From contig CAVQJC010000020.1 in the NCBI GenBank assembly GCA_963712745.1, positions 448,001 through 512,000 on the forward strand: a stretch of 64,000 bases of DNA. Reading direction: 5' to 3'. The notes under the pieces were generated by a model. It worked only from the letters and a program-made list of their open reading frames with translations. It was not told the DNA's origin and made no database searches. The DNA comes from an uncultured Chloroflexia bacterium (GTDB lineage Bacteria > Chloroflexota > Limnocylindria > Limnocylindrales > CSP1-4). Positions 9,260 through 19,902 of this stretch are shown here, piece after piece. The translations under genes and the position numbers were made by a program. Numbering within the stretch: the stretch's first letter is position 1; every line of letters begins with the position of its first letter.

Positions 9260-9739
9260 ATGCGTACCATCATCTCCCCCGAGGCCGAGCACCTCGACAC
9301 CGCCGTGGAACCGGTCCCCGAGCAGGACCAGCAGCGCCGCCATCGCGGCCAGGCGCTCGTCGAGTTCGCGGTGGTCCTGCCCGTCTTCTTCCTGCTCGTG
9401 GCGGGCATGTTCGACTTCGGCCTGGGAATCTACTCCGACCTGACCCTCGTGAATGCCGCCCGTGAAGGCGCACGACTGGGCGTCATCGATCCCGGCAACA
9501 CGAGCGCCATCGAAGAACGCGTTCGTGCCATGGCCGGCAACCTCGATGCCTCGAAGCTCAACGTCACCATAGCCTGCGAGCGCCCCTCCGGGAGCAGCTT
9601 CACCGCCTGCACCGACAAGCAGTGGCTGCCTGGCGATGCCACGAAGGTGACCGTCGACTACAGGTACACGATGTTCTTCCCCGTCCTCTTCGGTACGGAG
9701 ATCCCGCTCTCCTCCGAGTCGAAGATGCGCATCGAGTAG
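9260..9739 (+). CDS. TadE-like Flp pilus assembly pseudopilin
   Basis: RGQALVEFAVVLP prepilin motif, hydrophobic helix, NAAREGAR; GGAGG RBS. Confidence 0.9.
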   Translation: MRTIISPEAEHLDTAVEPVPEQDQQRRHRGQALVEFAVVLPVFFLLVAGMFDFGLGIYSDLTLVNAAREGARLGVIDPGNTSAIEERVRAMAGNLDASKLNVTIACERPSGSSFTACTDKQWLPGDATKVTVDYRYTMFFPVLFGTEIPLSSESKMRIE

Positions 9740-9850
9740 ATCGCCGCCTTTCTGTCCCGCAAGTCCGGCGTTCCTCCCACGGAGGCAGTCCGCACGTAAC
9801 GCCGATCGGTCCGGCCCTCTCCCGGACCCACGCACAGCAAGGACGACACG

Positions 9851-11242
9851 ATGAACCTCCTCTACTGGGCCCGCCAGGGCACCATCTCCAACCGACCGCC
9901 ACAAGACGGCATGGCGACCCGAGCTCGCCTGGCTCAGCGAGGCCAGACCCTCGTCCTCTTCTCCCTCTTCATCACGGTCCTGCTCGGCGCCGCCGCACTC
10001 GTGCTCGACCAGGGCCTGCTGCGCAAGGCCAACATGGACCTGCAGAATGCCCTCGACGCCGGCGCACTCGCTGGCGTCCCGATGGTCCTCGATGAGCCGG
10101 ACAAGGCCGAAGCGATCGCGCGCGACTATGTTCACCTCAACTACCCCGGCGATCTGCCGGACAGCGACATCGGCGTCGGGTTCCGCTGTCTCATCGGTGT
10201 TCAGGACGGCGGGCCCCGCCTGAGCGACGTGCCCTTGACGTGCGACCCGGGCCCATCGGCCACCTGGACGGTGGACGATGACATCGCCTACGCGACCTGC
10301 GTCCCGGCCCCCGACCGTCAGTGCAACACCATCGTGCTGAGCGGGCCTGCTGAAGTCGACTTCAAGCTGGCACCGGTGCTCGGCGTACCGGTCGGCTCGA
10401 CCGGCGCACGCATCGCAGCCGCCTGCAAGGGTGCGTGCGGCGAGCCTCCCCAGATCCCAGTCGACCTGGTCATGATCATCGACCGAACCAACTCGATGAA
10501 TGGCGTCGACACCGATAACGCTCGCAACGCTGCCGATTCGGTGCGCAGGACACTCGATCCCTCGGTCCAGTGGCTGTCTCTCAGCGCACTCGGCCCGAGT
10601 GTGCTCGATCCGTTTGCGTCGTGCAAGACCCTCGCAGACTCGAGCATCGGCGGTGCCACTGCGAGCGACCTGCGTCGCTGGGTGCCCGTGGGGCTCACCG
10701 GGCAGGGCGCTGCCGTTGCCGACTACGCCTCGGACGACACTGCCATGGACAAGGCCATCTCCTGCTTCAACAACTCGCGGACCAGTACCGATATCGCCGA
10801 CCCGGTCCGAATGGCCACGCTCGAGCTGGAGACGTACGGCCGACCTGGCGCCAAGAAGGCCATCCTACTGCTCAGTGACGGACAGCCCAACCGGTCGACG
10901 ACCGGGACGACGAACTACTGTCTGGAGTCCGACAAGGCAGCGTCGGACGCCAAGAAGGAAGGCATCGAGATCTACACCGTCGGATTCGGCCTGAACGGAT
11001 CCAACGATGCCCAGTGTCCGGACCGGGATGCACCGTGGCGCGGCGAGATGGCCACCACCCTGCTGGCTTCGATGGCCACTGACTCGGTCGCCGACGGCGG
11101 CTGCCCCGGTACGGAGAACACCGACGGCGACCACTACTACTGCCTGCCCAAGACCGCCGGTGCCAGCACCGATCTGGCCGATGTCTTCCAGACTGCGGTC
11201 CAGGACCTCACTGGTTACTCACGACTGGTCCCGGCCGAGTAG
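9851..11242 (+). CDS. TadG-like protein with vWA domain
   Basis: RGQTLVLF, LQNALDAGALAG, MIDAS-like DRTNSM, LLSDGQPN, IYTVGFG; many Cys. Confidence 0.85.
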   Translation: MNLLYWARQGTISNRPPQDGMATRARLAQRGQTLVLFSLFITVLLGAAALVLDQGLLRKANMDLQNALDAGALAGVPMVLDEPDKAEAIARDYVHLNYPGDLPDSDIGVGFRCLIGVQDGGPRLSDVPLTCDPGPSATWTVDDDIAYATCVPAPDRQCNTIVLSGPAEVDFKLAPVLGVPVGSTGARIAAACKGACGEPPQIPVDLVMIIDRTNSMNGVDTDNARNAADSVRRTLDPSVQWLSLSALGPSVLDPFASCKTLADSSIGGATASDLRRWVPVGLTGQGAAVADYASDDTAMDKAISCFNNSRTSTDIADPVRMATLELETYGRPGAKKAILLLSDGQPNRSTTGTTNYCLESDKAASDAKKEGIEIYTVGFGLNGSNDAQCPDRDAPWRGEMATTLLASMATDSVADGGCPGTENTDGDHYYCLPKTAGASTDLADVFQTAVQDLTGYSRLVPAE

Positions 11243-11395
11243 TCACCGGGACATCGATGACACCTACGCTGATCCGTGACGAAGACCTCCGTCGCGGGAG
11301 CCGACCGTCCACCGGCCCGCGGTCACGCCGTCCGGTTGACGCCCAATGGAGACTGTCCCTGCTGTCCTGTGGATGTGGCCGCGGTGAACGAGAGG

Positions 11396-12244
11396 TCAGA
11401 TCCGGGTGAGCGTGATGATCACGACCCCGGTGGTCACCGCGGCCACGCCACCCCATTGACGTGAGCTGATGCGCTCACCGAGAGCGTGGGCCATGAGCGC
11501 GGCCATGACGGCGAACTGGGAGGACAGCACCGAGGTGATGGCGATCGACTCGGCTGCGCCCCAGGCGAAGAGGTAGACCCCGGCCACCTCGGCGACGGCA
11601 GCGACGAGCAGGAAGGGCAGCACCGGCCGCTCGAAGCGCAGCCGGCGCGTCAGGGCCAGCGGAAGGGTCAACAAGGCCACGCCCGCGATGCGTCCCGCAG
11701 CCACCACCCAGCTCGGAGGCACGCCCTCACTGGCACGGCCGGCCCCGTACAGCCCGACCCCGAAGATGACCGCGGCCAGCACCGCGTAGGCGACGTAGCG
11801 CGCACCCTCGCCGGCCAGCACATCAGCCCCGCCGCCCGGCTGCCACGCCACCACGAAGATGCCCACCGCGATGAGCGCCAGCATCACGCCCAGCAAGGGC
11901 GAGGCGGCCTCCCCGGTGAGCACCGCCAGGGCCGCCGCGATCGAGCCCTCGGTCGAGACGATGGGGGCGGTCACGGGCACCTTGCCCCCGGTGAGCGCGG
12001 CGTAGTTGAAGACCATGCCGATGGAGTAGCCCAGCCCGGCCACCGTCAACCAGGCCAGGTCGGCAGCAGCGATCGGCTCGGCCGGCGCCTCCAGGACCAC
12101 GACCGGCATCACCACCAGCAAGCCGATGAAGACGACCAACGCGGTCGTCGACCACGGCCCCAGCACCCGGCTGGCACGCGCCGCTGCCAGCGTCGCGAGG
12201 GCCCAGGCCAGCGCGGCACCAAGGCCGCCCACCACGGCGATCAT
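11396..12244 (-). CDS. EamA/DMT-family transporter
   Basis: About 10 hydrophobic helices in two repeats; LGERIS C-terminal motif. Confidence 0.8.
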   Translation of the reverse strand: MIAVVGGLGAALAWALATLAAARASRVLGPWSTTALVVFIGLLVVMPVVVLEAPAEPIAAADLAWLTVAGLGYSIGMVFNYAALTGGKVPVTAPIVSTEGSIAAALAVLTGEAASPLLGVMLALIAVGIFVVAWQPGGGADVLAGEGARYVAYAVLAAVIFGVGLYGAGRASEGVPPSWVVAAGRIAGVALLTLPLALTRRLRFERPVLPFLLVAAVAEVAGVYLFAWGAAESIAITSVLSSQFAVMAALMAHALGERISSRQWGGVAAVTTGVVIITLTRI

Positions 12245-12370
12245 CGTGACTGCCGGTCAGGCATCTGCAGCACAGGGTTCACGGTGCGCAGACTACGCGT
12301 CGGCGAGCGCCCACGCGGGCGGGGCGCGCATGACGGCGGACTCCGCTGGCTGGGCGTAGGCTTGGCTGCG

Positions 12371-13273
12371 ATGAGACGCCTGAGCCCGTTCCTGGCTGCC
12401 CTGCTGCTACTCCTGACCACGCTCCCCGCCGCGGCCCAGGAGGTGCCCCAGATCGTCCCCCGGCTGGTCTCATCGGAGATCGCCCAGGGACCGAATCGCT
12501 TCCTGTTCAGCCTGACTGACGCGACCGGAGGGCTGCTGGCCGCTCCGGACGTGGAGGTCCGGCTCGAGTTCTACGACCTCGATGCGGACCCGAATCAGGT
12601 CGTCTTCGAGGCCGATTCGCGCTTCCTGTGGGCCATCGAAGGCCTGCGTGGCCTGTATGCCTCGGACGTGGAGTTCCCGCACGCCGGGCGCTGGGGCACC
12701 CGCTTCTACGCGACCTTCCCCGACGGCACCACCGTGACCGAAGGTGTCCCCTATGACGTGCTGGAAGAGACCACCACGCCAGCCATCGGCGCGCCGGCAC
12801 CGGTCATCGACTCTCCCACTGCCGAGGATGTGGGCGGCGACCTGAGCCGTATCTCCAGCGACCCTGAACCGGTGGGGCGCTTCTACGAGCTGTCCATCCT
12901 CGACGCCATCGAGGCCGACAAGCCGGCAGTCATCGCCTTCGTCACGCCCGCCTTCTGTCAGACGGCCACCTGCGGTCCGACCATCGAGAAGGTCAAGGAG
13001 GTAGCGGCCAGCCACCCCGAGGACGTGAACTTCGTGCACGTCGAGCCGTATCTCATGCACGTCAAGGACGGCTATCTCCAGCCGCTGCTGTCCGAGGACG
13101 GCTGGCTTCAGCCTGCACCCTGGACCACGCGCTTCGGCCTGGCGGTCGAGCCGTACCTGATCGTCCTCGACGCCGACGGCCTGGTGCGGGCCAAGTTCGA
13201 GGGAGCCATCACCGTGGACGAGCTCGAGGATGCCCTGTGGGCCGCATCGGAGCCGCTGCCTTCGGGGTCCTGA
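12371..13273 (+). CDS. Secreted thioredoxin-fold protein
   Basis: Signal peptide ending AAA-Q; F.TPAFCQTATCGP; EPYLIVLDADGLVRAKFEG. Confidence 0.7.
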   Translation: MRRLSPFLAALLLLLTTLPAAAQEVPQIVPRLVSSEIAQGPNRFLFSLTDATGGLLAAPDVEVRLEFYDLDADPNQVVFEADSRFLWAIEGLRGLYASDVEFPHAGRWGTRFYATFPDGTTVTEGVPYDVLEETTTPAIGAPAPVIDSPTAEDVGGDLSRISSDPEPVGRFYELSILDAIEADKPAVIAFVTPAFCQTATCGPTIEKVKEVAASHPEDVNFVHVEPYLMHVKDGYLQPLLSEDGWLQPAPWTTRFGLAVEPYLIVLDADGLVRAKFEGAITVDELEDALWAASEPLPSGS

Positions 13274-13312
13274 AGACGCCCATCACGCCCCGGCGCAGCG
13301 TACGATGACCCG

Positions 13313-14233
13313 GTGAGCACATCGAAGGTGGCCAGCATGCGCGAGGCCATCGCGGCGCTGGTGCACGACGGGGACAGCGTGGCCATCGAGGGCTTCACCC
13401 ACCTCATCTGCTTCGCCGCCGGCCACGAGATCATCCGCCAGGGGCGCCGTGACCTCACGCTCATCCGCATGACGCCTGACGTCATCTACGACCAGATGAT
13501 CGGCGCCGGCGTGGCGCGCAAGCTCGTCTTCAGCTGGCTGGGCAACCCCGGTGTGGGCAGCCTCCACGCCATCCGCCGCGTGACCGAGGGCCCGCAGCCG
13601 GCGCTCGAGCTCGAGGAGTACAGCCACTTCGGCATGGTCGGGCGCTACCTCGCGGGCGCCACCGGCCTGCCCTTCTACCCACTGCGCAGCTACGAGGGCA
13701 CGGACCTGCCCGCGGTCAACCCCCGCATCGTGCCCCTGCGCTCGCCCTACGGCGACGAGACCGTCCACGTCGTGCCGCCGCTCAGGCCCGACGTCACCAT
13801 CATCCACGCCCAGCGCGCTGACGCCGCGGGCGACACCCAGATCTGGGGCCTGACCGGCAGCCAGAAGGAGGCGGCCTTCGCCGCCGGGCGGGTCATCGTC
13901 GTGGTCGAGGAACTGGTCGAGGAAACCGTCATCCGGGCCGACCCCAACCGCACGCTCATCCCCGGGCTCATCGTCGACGCGGTGGTGGTCGAGCCGTACG
14001 GGGCGCACCCCTCCTTCGCCCAGGGTTACTACGACCGCGACAACACCTTCTACGTCGAGTGGGACGCCATCGGCCGCGACGCCGCGCGCACGTCGGCCTG
14101 GCTCGATGAGTGGGTCCACGGCGTCTCGGGGCGGGCCGAGTACATGGAACGCCTCGGTGCCGCGGCCCGTGAGCGCATCCGTCCGACCGGCGTCGCGCTC
14201 GCGGGCCCCATCGACTACGGCGAGTACCGATGA
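13313..14233 (+). CDS. CoA-transferase subunit A (glutaconate/3-oxoadipate type)
   Basis: SMREAIAALVHDGD, DVTIIHAQRAD..G, GAHPS; overlaps subunit B by ATGA. Confidence 0.88.
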   Translation: MSTSKVASMREAIAALVHDGDSVAIEGFTHLICFAAGHEIIRQGRRDLTLIRMTPDVIYDQMIGAGVARKLVFSWLGNPGVGSLHAIRRVTEGPQPALELEEYSHFGMVGRYLAGATGLPFYPLRSYEGTDLPAVNPRIVPLRSPYGDETVHVVPPLRPDVTIIHAQRADAAGDTQIWGLTGSQKEAAFAAGRVIVVVEELVEETVIRADPNRTLIPGLIVDAVVVEPYGAHPSFAQGYYDRDNTFYVEWDAIGRDAARTSAWLDEWVHGVSGRAEYMERLGAAARERIRPTGVALAGPIDYGEYR

Positions 14234-14970
14234 GCTCTGCGGCGCCGACCCGCAACGAGACGATGATCGCCGCGGCGGCACGCGAGCTGGCCGGCCAGCG
14301 CGTCTGCTTCGTGGGCATCGGCCTGCCCAACATCGCGGTCAACCTCGCGCTGCGGACGGTGGCCCCGCAGCTCGAGCTCATCTACGAGGCCGGCGTCTAC
14401 GGGGCCCAGCCGGCGCGCTTGCCGCTGTCCATCGGCGACCCCACCATCGTCACCGGCTCGCTGGCGGTGATGAGCCAGGCCGACCTCTTCGGCCTCTACC
14501 TGCAGCGCGGCCTCGTCGACGTGGGCTTCCTGGGGGCTGCCCAGATCGACCGCTACGGCAACATCAACAGCACCGTCATCGGCGAGTACGCTCGGCCGGC
14601 CGTGCGGCTGCCCGGCTCCGGTGGCGCCATCGAGATCGCCCTGCACTCGCGGCAGGTGTTCGTGGTCATGCGCCAGTCGCGGCGATCGTTCGTCGAGCGC
14701 ATCGACTTCCGCACCTCGCCCGGCGGTGAGCCCGGCGGGGAGCGCGGACCCTCGGTCGTGGTCACCGACCTCGGCGTCTACCACTTCGACGACGACGGCC
14801 AGATGCGCCTCGACGCGCTCCACCCCGGCGCCACGCTCGACGACGTCCACGGCGCCATGGGCTGGGAGGTGCGCGTCTCGACCTCGCTGGCCACGACCCC
14901 GCCACCCTCGAGCGAGGAGCTGCGCCTGATGCGGGAGGTGCTGGACCCCGAGGGCCGCTACATCGGCTAG
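14230..14970 (+). CDS. CoA-transferase subunit B
   Basis: FVGIGLP, IYEAG (catalytic Glu), FLGAAQIDRYGNINST, RLPGSGG, VVTDLG. Confidence 0.88.
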   Translation: MSSAAPTRNETMIAAAARELAGQRVCFVGIGLPNIAVNLALRTVAPQLELIYEAGVYGAQPARLPLSIGDPTIVTGSLAVMSQADLFGLYLQRGLVDVGFLGAAQIDRYGNINSTVIGEYARPAVRLPGSGGAIEIALHSRQVFVVMRQSRRSFVERIDFRTSPGGEPGGERGPSVVVTDLGVYHFDDDGQMRLDALHPGATLDDVHGAMGWEVRVSTSLATTPPPSSEELRLMREVLDPEGRYIG

Positions 14971-15035
14971 CGGCCTGCGGTGGGCGACAGGGCCTGGGGA
15001 CTGGTGGAGCGGCCCGTAAGCAGGCCCACGCCCCG

Positions 15036-15677
15036 TCAGCGGCCGCGGAGCAGCCGGCTCTGCCAGACCATGTAGATGCCGATGGCGATCATGGCCAGCG
15101 GGATGACGACCACGAGGCCCATGTCGAAGGGCAGCGTGTCGGAGGTGTCGGCGAGACCGATCAGTCCGAGGACGGCGCCGATCCAGAGAGCGTACTCCCG
15201 GCGCACGTGCTGGAAGCGGCCGAGGCCCCAGCCGATGAGAAAGGCGATGCCGATGAAGAGCGTGTTCCAGCCATCACCGGTGAGGATGTCGAAGTCCCGC
15301 CCCACGCTGGCCAGGCCCCAGGCGGTGAGCACCAGCGCCGGCATGGTGGCACCGACGATCCGACCGAACAGCCAGGCCGCGCCGAAGGCGAGGCCGGCGG
15401 CCAGGATGAGCAACGAGCCGAAGGACAGGTCCGGGATGAGGATCTCGATCAGCAGCCCGATGCCAAGCACGAGCAGCAGCACCGCGAACCAGGGAAACGA
15501 CTGGCCGGACGACGACCAGCGGTAGGCGCGGACGAAGGGCTGCTGGGCTGGGCCGCCGAAGGTCGGTCCCGCGCCGCCCGGTTGCTGGGGGCTGCCCTGC
15601 CCTGGACCTGGTGGCGGCTGAGGGCTGCCGGGCGGAGGCGGGCCGACCGGCCTGGCCCGGCGTGCTGGATCGGTCAT
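15036..15677 (-). CDS. Hypothetical multi-pass membrane protein with Pro/Gly-rich N-terminus
   Basis: About six hydrophobic segments. Confidence 0.65.
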   Translation of the reverse strand: MTDPARRARPVGPPPPGSPQPPPGPGQGSPQQPGGAGPTFGGPAQQPFVRAYRWSSSGQSFPWFAVLLLVLGIGLLIEILIPDLSFGSLLILAAGLAFGAAWLFGRIVGATMPALVLTAWGLASVGRDFDILTGDGWNTLFIGIAFLIGWGLGRFQHVRREYALWIGAVLGLIGLADTSDTLPFDMGLVVVIPLAMIAIGIYMVWQSRLLRGR

Positions 15678-15710
15678 GCGTCGAATCGTAGCCTGAGCCG
15701 GGACATCCGC

Positions 15711-16481
15711 CTAGCCGGGCCCGTGCTCGCCGTCGGCCGCGGGCCCATGGCGGGCGGGAGCGCCCAGCCACACGCTGCCGTCAGCGAAACGCTCCGCCTT
15801 CCAGATGGGGACACGCGCCTTCAGCTCCTCGATGGCATAGCGGCAGGCCTCGAACGCTGCCTCCCGGTGTGGCGAGGCGACCACGATGAGCACGCTCGAC
15901 TCGCCCACTGCGACCTCGCCGAGCCGATGGACGACGGCCACCCTCTGCACCCCGAAGCGCGATTCGATCTCGTCGGCGATCTGGTCCAGCACGGACAGGG
16001 CCATGGGCTCGAAGGCCTCGTAGCTCAGGCCCACTACCCGTTGGCCCGCGAAACGAGCGGCTTCCGCCTCCTGGCCCGGAGCGGGCGAGCCCGCCGATTC
16101 TCGCGTCTGGCCCACGAAGACCGCGAGCGCACCGTCGGCCGAGGAGGCCACGCTCGCTCGCAACTCGGCCAGCAGGCCCTCGTCGAGCGTCGCTTCCTGC
16201 AGCTCGAGCCGCCGGTAGCGGTCGGGCTCGGAGGCGGCGCCACCTGCCACGGGCGGGATGACCGCCAGCTCGTCGCCGTCGGAGAGCGGCTCGCGGATAT
16301 CGGCGTAGTGGCCGTTGCGCGCGAAACGCACGCTGGACTCGGCCGCGGCGATGACCGGGTGTTCCGCCACCAGCGCGGTCCAGGCGGCCGCCACGTCGGC
16401 GCCTTCGGACAGCTCCAGCTCAAGGCGGCGCAGTCCGGTCTGGGCGCGCTGCAGGGCGAACAGGCGGACGATGATGCGCAC
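15711..16481 (-). CDS. Fused MoaD-MoaE molybdopterin synthase (MoaX-like)
   Basis: Ubiquitin-like N-domain ending DELAVIPPVAGG, then MoaE motifs HRLG, SPHREAAF, LKARVPIWK.E. Confidence 0.9.
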   Translation of the reverse strand: MRIIVRLFALQRAQTGLRRLELELSEGADVAAAWTALVAEHPVIAAAESSVRFARNGHYADIREPLSDGDELAVIPPVAGGAASEPDRYRRLELQEATLDEGLLAELRASVASSADGALAVFVGQTRESAGSPAPGQEAEAARFAGQRVVGLSYEAFEPMALSVLDQIADEIESRFGVQRVAVVHRLGEVAVGESSVLIVVASPHREAAFEACRYAIEELKARVPIWKAERFADGSVWLGAPARHGPAADGEHGPG

Positions 16482-16483
16482 GG

Positions 16484-17311
16484 CTAGACCAGCAGCCCTT
16501 CACCGAAGAGCAGACCCGCGGCCACGATGGTGGAGGCCATCACCAGCGCGAACTCGATGTAGAGCAGGCCGGTCGCCGACTCCATCGAGCGCGTCAGCGA
16601 GGTGCGATAGGCCATGGCCGTGAGCAGCAGCGGGAAGACGAGCCCCACGATGAGACGCAGCCAGACGAAGACCAGGTTGGGCCCGGTGAGCGCTTCGAAT
16701 GGCTCCAGTTCGGGGATCCCGGCCGCCAGCCAGACAGCGAAGAGCAGCAACTGGATCGCCAGCCCGACCATCAGCAGCTGCGTTGTCAGGACCAGCGGCC
16801 GTTCAGAGATCTTGGGCGTGACCAGGTACCAGTGCGCGAGCACGACCGCGGCCATCGAGCCGCCGGTGACCGCGGCCAGGGCCAGCAACTGCACCAGCAT
16901 CGAAGCCGAGATGGGCTCACCACCGCCCCAGTCGAGCGCACCCAGAGCCATGGCCGCCACGCCCGCGATGACGGCGCCACTGCCCAGCCACAGCGCGCGG
17001 CCGCCGCGCCTCAGGCGGACTCCGGCTACGAGCGAGAGAAGGCAGAAGAGGGCGATGGCCGCCCGTCGCGGCTCGTCGAAGTCGGCGCCGCCGTCGACGG
17101 CCAGCTCGGTCGGGGCCGGGAGGCCCCACTCGACCAGCAGCCAGCCCAGGCCCATGACGGCAGCCAGGATGGCGCTGAAGCCGAGGAAGCCAGGCGTCGC
17201 GTCGGTCGTCTGGCGCAGCAGCCAGGTCAGCGCGAAGGACCCGAGGGCGAGGCTGCCCAGGAGAACCCACGTCACATAGCTGAGGCTCTGGATGATCTGC
17301 TGCGTCTCCAC
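16484..17311 (-). CDS. Hypothetical polytopic membrane protein
   Basis: About eight TM helices; LAHWYLVTP and SATGLLY motifs. Confidence 0.7.
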   Translation of the reverse strand: METQQIIQSLSYVTWVLLGSLALGSFALTWLLRQTTDATPGFLGFSAILAAVMGLGWLLVEWGLPAPTELAVDGGADFDEPRRAAIALFCLLSLVAGVRLRRGGRALWLGSGAVIAGVAAMALGALDWGGGEPISASMLVQLLALAAVTGGSMAAVVLAHWYLVTPKISERPLVLTTQLLMVGLAIQLLLFAVWLAAGIPELEPFEALTGPNLVFVWLRLIVGLVFPLLLTAMAYRTSLTRSMESATGLLYIEFALVMASTIVAAGLLFGEGLLV

Positions 17312-17328
17312 GCAGCGAGTGTAGGGCG

Positions 17329-19795
17329 CTAGGCGGGACTGCTCTCCAGCGCGTCACTACCAGCGATCTCGGTGTCGGTCCCGGGGGCGGGCGGCGGCAC
17401 CGGCGCGGGCGGGCGGCGCGCGGGCGCATTCTCCACGATGAGCATGCCCGCGGCGAGGGCCTCGATGTCGACCGAGACGAGGCCGACGTTCTTGCCCGGC
17501 CGGCCCAGCAGGTAGCCCTGCCCGGTGGTGATACCCAGCTCCCGCAGCGAGCGCAGCTGCTCGGCGGTCTCGAGGCCCTCGGCGATGGCCACCGCACCCT
17601 GGCGTACGGCCAGGTCCATGAGCGAGCGCACGACCGCGCGCGAGGAGTCGTGCTGGGCGCCGTCCTGGACCAGCGACAGATCGATCTTGACGATATCGAA
17701 ACGCACCTGGCTGAGCAGTCGCAGGCCGGCATTGCCGGCTCCGACGTCGTCGGCCGCGAGACGCACGCCCGCGTGCTGGAGGGCAGCTACGTGGCGACGC
17801 AGGCGGTCCAGGTCGGTGATGGCCTCGCGCTCGGTGAGCTCGACGATGACGCGACCGGGGCTGAGCTGGTAGCGAGCCAGGATACTCGAGCAGCCAGGCG
17901 GCGCTGAAATCCTCGGCTTCCAGGGTCTGCGGGCTGAGATTGATGGTCACCACCTGCTGAGGGTCGATCTGGGCCGCCCCGGCAGCCACGACCTCGAAAC
18001 AGGCGAGGTCGAGCTCGACCGTGCGCCCGGCCGCGGACGCCGCCGCGAACAGCTGCCCCGGGTTGGAGAATGGCGATGAGGCACCGGGCCGGATGAGACC
18101 CTCGAAGCCGAGCACGCTGCCATCACGCAGATCGACGATGGGCTGGTAGACCGGCGTCAGGTTGCGGGCACGCACGAGGTCGCGCACGGCCGTAGCCGAG
18201 CCGACGCCACTGGGATCCTGGGAGACGAGGTCCCTGTCGGGGTCGTAGATGGCCACCGTGCCGCGACCACCGCGCTTGCACCGATAGAGCGCGGCATCGG
18301 CCTGACGGAAGACCTCGTTGCGGTCGGCCGCCAACTGCGGGATGGAGGAGATGCCCCCCGAGAAGGGGATGACCCGCTCGCCCGCCGCGGGCCGGAGGCA
18401 GAAGTGCCGCAGCCGGTTGGCCGCTACCAGCGCGTTGTCGGCGTCGGTGTGTGGCAGCAGGACCGCGAACTCGTCACCACCGATGCGGAAGGCACGGTCG
18501 CCGTAGCGCAGGGCGTCGCGGATGGCGTTGGCCATGCCTACAAGCAGGCGATCGCCGGCCGGATGGCCTTCGCCGTCGTTGACGACCTTGAGGTCGTCGA
18601 GGTCGATCAGCAGCAGCGCCACAGGCACGTGGTGGCGACGGTAGAGGTCGAGCTGGCGGTCCAACTCCTCCTGGAAGGAGCGGTGGTTGCCCAGTCCGGT
18701 GAGACCATCGTGGAGCGAGTCCTCGCGCGCTTCCCGGTACAGCACTTGCAGCTGCGCTCGCGACTCGGCCAGGTCGTCGAAGGGTTGGAGGAAGGTACTG
18801 GCCAGGGCCACGGCCACGAGCAGCACCACGATCGTCAGGGCGGCGAGTGCGGCCAGCAGCGCATCTCGCGGCGGTTCGGGCGTGACGGGCCAGAGGTGGA
18901 TGAGGCCGAGATGCGCGCCGTCGTCGGTCTCCCACAGTGGCGCGGCAGTAGCCGTCCAACCGGCCGCCTCGAGGGCACGAGCGGTGCCGCCATGGCCGGC
19001 CAGGATGCCGTTGACGCGGACGCGCAGATTGCCCAGGGGCTTCACGCCCTCGACGTCCTGGGCGGTCATGGCGGCCGCGGTGCGGGCACCGGCCACGATA
19101 GTGTCGTTGGCCATGTCGACAAGCAGCGCGCTCGTGCCTAGTCCGGCCGCGCTGGGCGTGGCCGAGAACATGTCGCGCAGACCGACCTCGACGCTGATGA
19201 CTCCGGCACTCTTCCTGGGCGCGCCGATGAGCCTGGTAGCGAGGACCATGCGGCGCGTGCGGTCGGGGCCGTAGGACGTGGAGCTGACGACGGTACCCTC
19301 GGTCGCCGCAGCCACTCGGTCGATGAGCTCCGCGTCGCCGCAGGCAGCCTCACCGTCGGATGCTCCACCGGGCACTTCCAAGACCACGGTCGAGCCGTCG
19401 AGTTCACGCGTGAGGCAGGCGCCCTGTACGAGTCCCGCGTCGCCGGCGCCGATGGCCTCTACGGCCCAGGTCGCGATGGTCCGCTCCCCGCTGCCGCTGA
19501 CGCCGTCTACCAGGCGACGCACGTCGCTCGCGGCGGCGGTCGCGAGCAGTCGTGTCTCGAGTGCGGACTTGGCCGTCATGAGGTCGGCGGCGGCGGCCGA
19601 CGTCTGCCATGTCCGACGGTCCTCCGCGGCCAGCGGATCCTCGGGCGTGAGCGTGTTGATGAGGAGGATGACGCCCACCATGGGCAGCACGGCCAGACCG
19701 AGCATGGCCAGCCACAGCCGGATACGGACGAGGCGTGCGCCATCGAGGAAACGAAGGCGAGAGCGGCCGGGTGCGGACGTGTTGGGCGTTGGCAT
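17329..19795 (-). CDS. Membrane-anchored GGDEF-EAL protein; frameshift near 17885
   Basis: Two TM segments, DGLTGLGN, RYGD I-site, IGGDEF, YQPIV, EGL. DDVGAG, IVKID and AEGLET are in a second frame (ORF 17329-17766). Confidence 0.85.
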
Positions 19796-19902
19796 AGGGC
19801 CAGCACGGGGCTGGAGTACCTATCCAACACCCTCGCCGACCGGCGCGGAATGGCCCGAATCGCACACTCCGGCACAGGACCGCCGGACTGGCAGGGGCAG
19901 GC

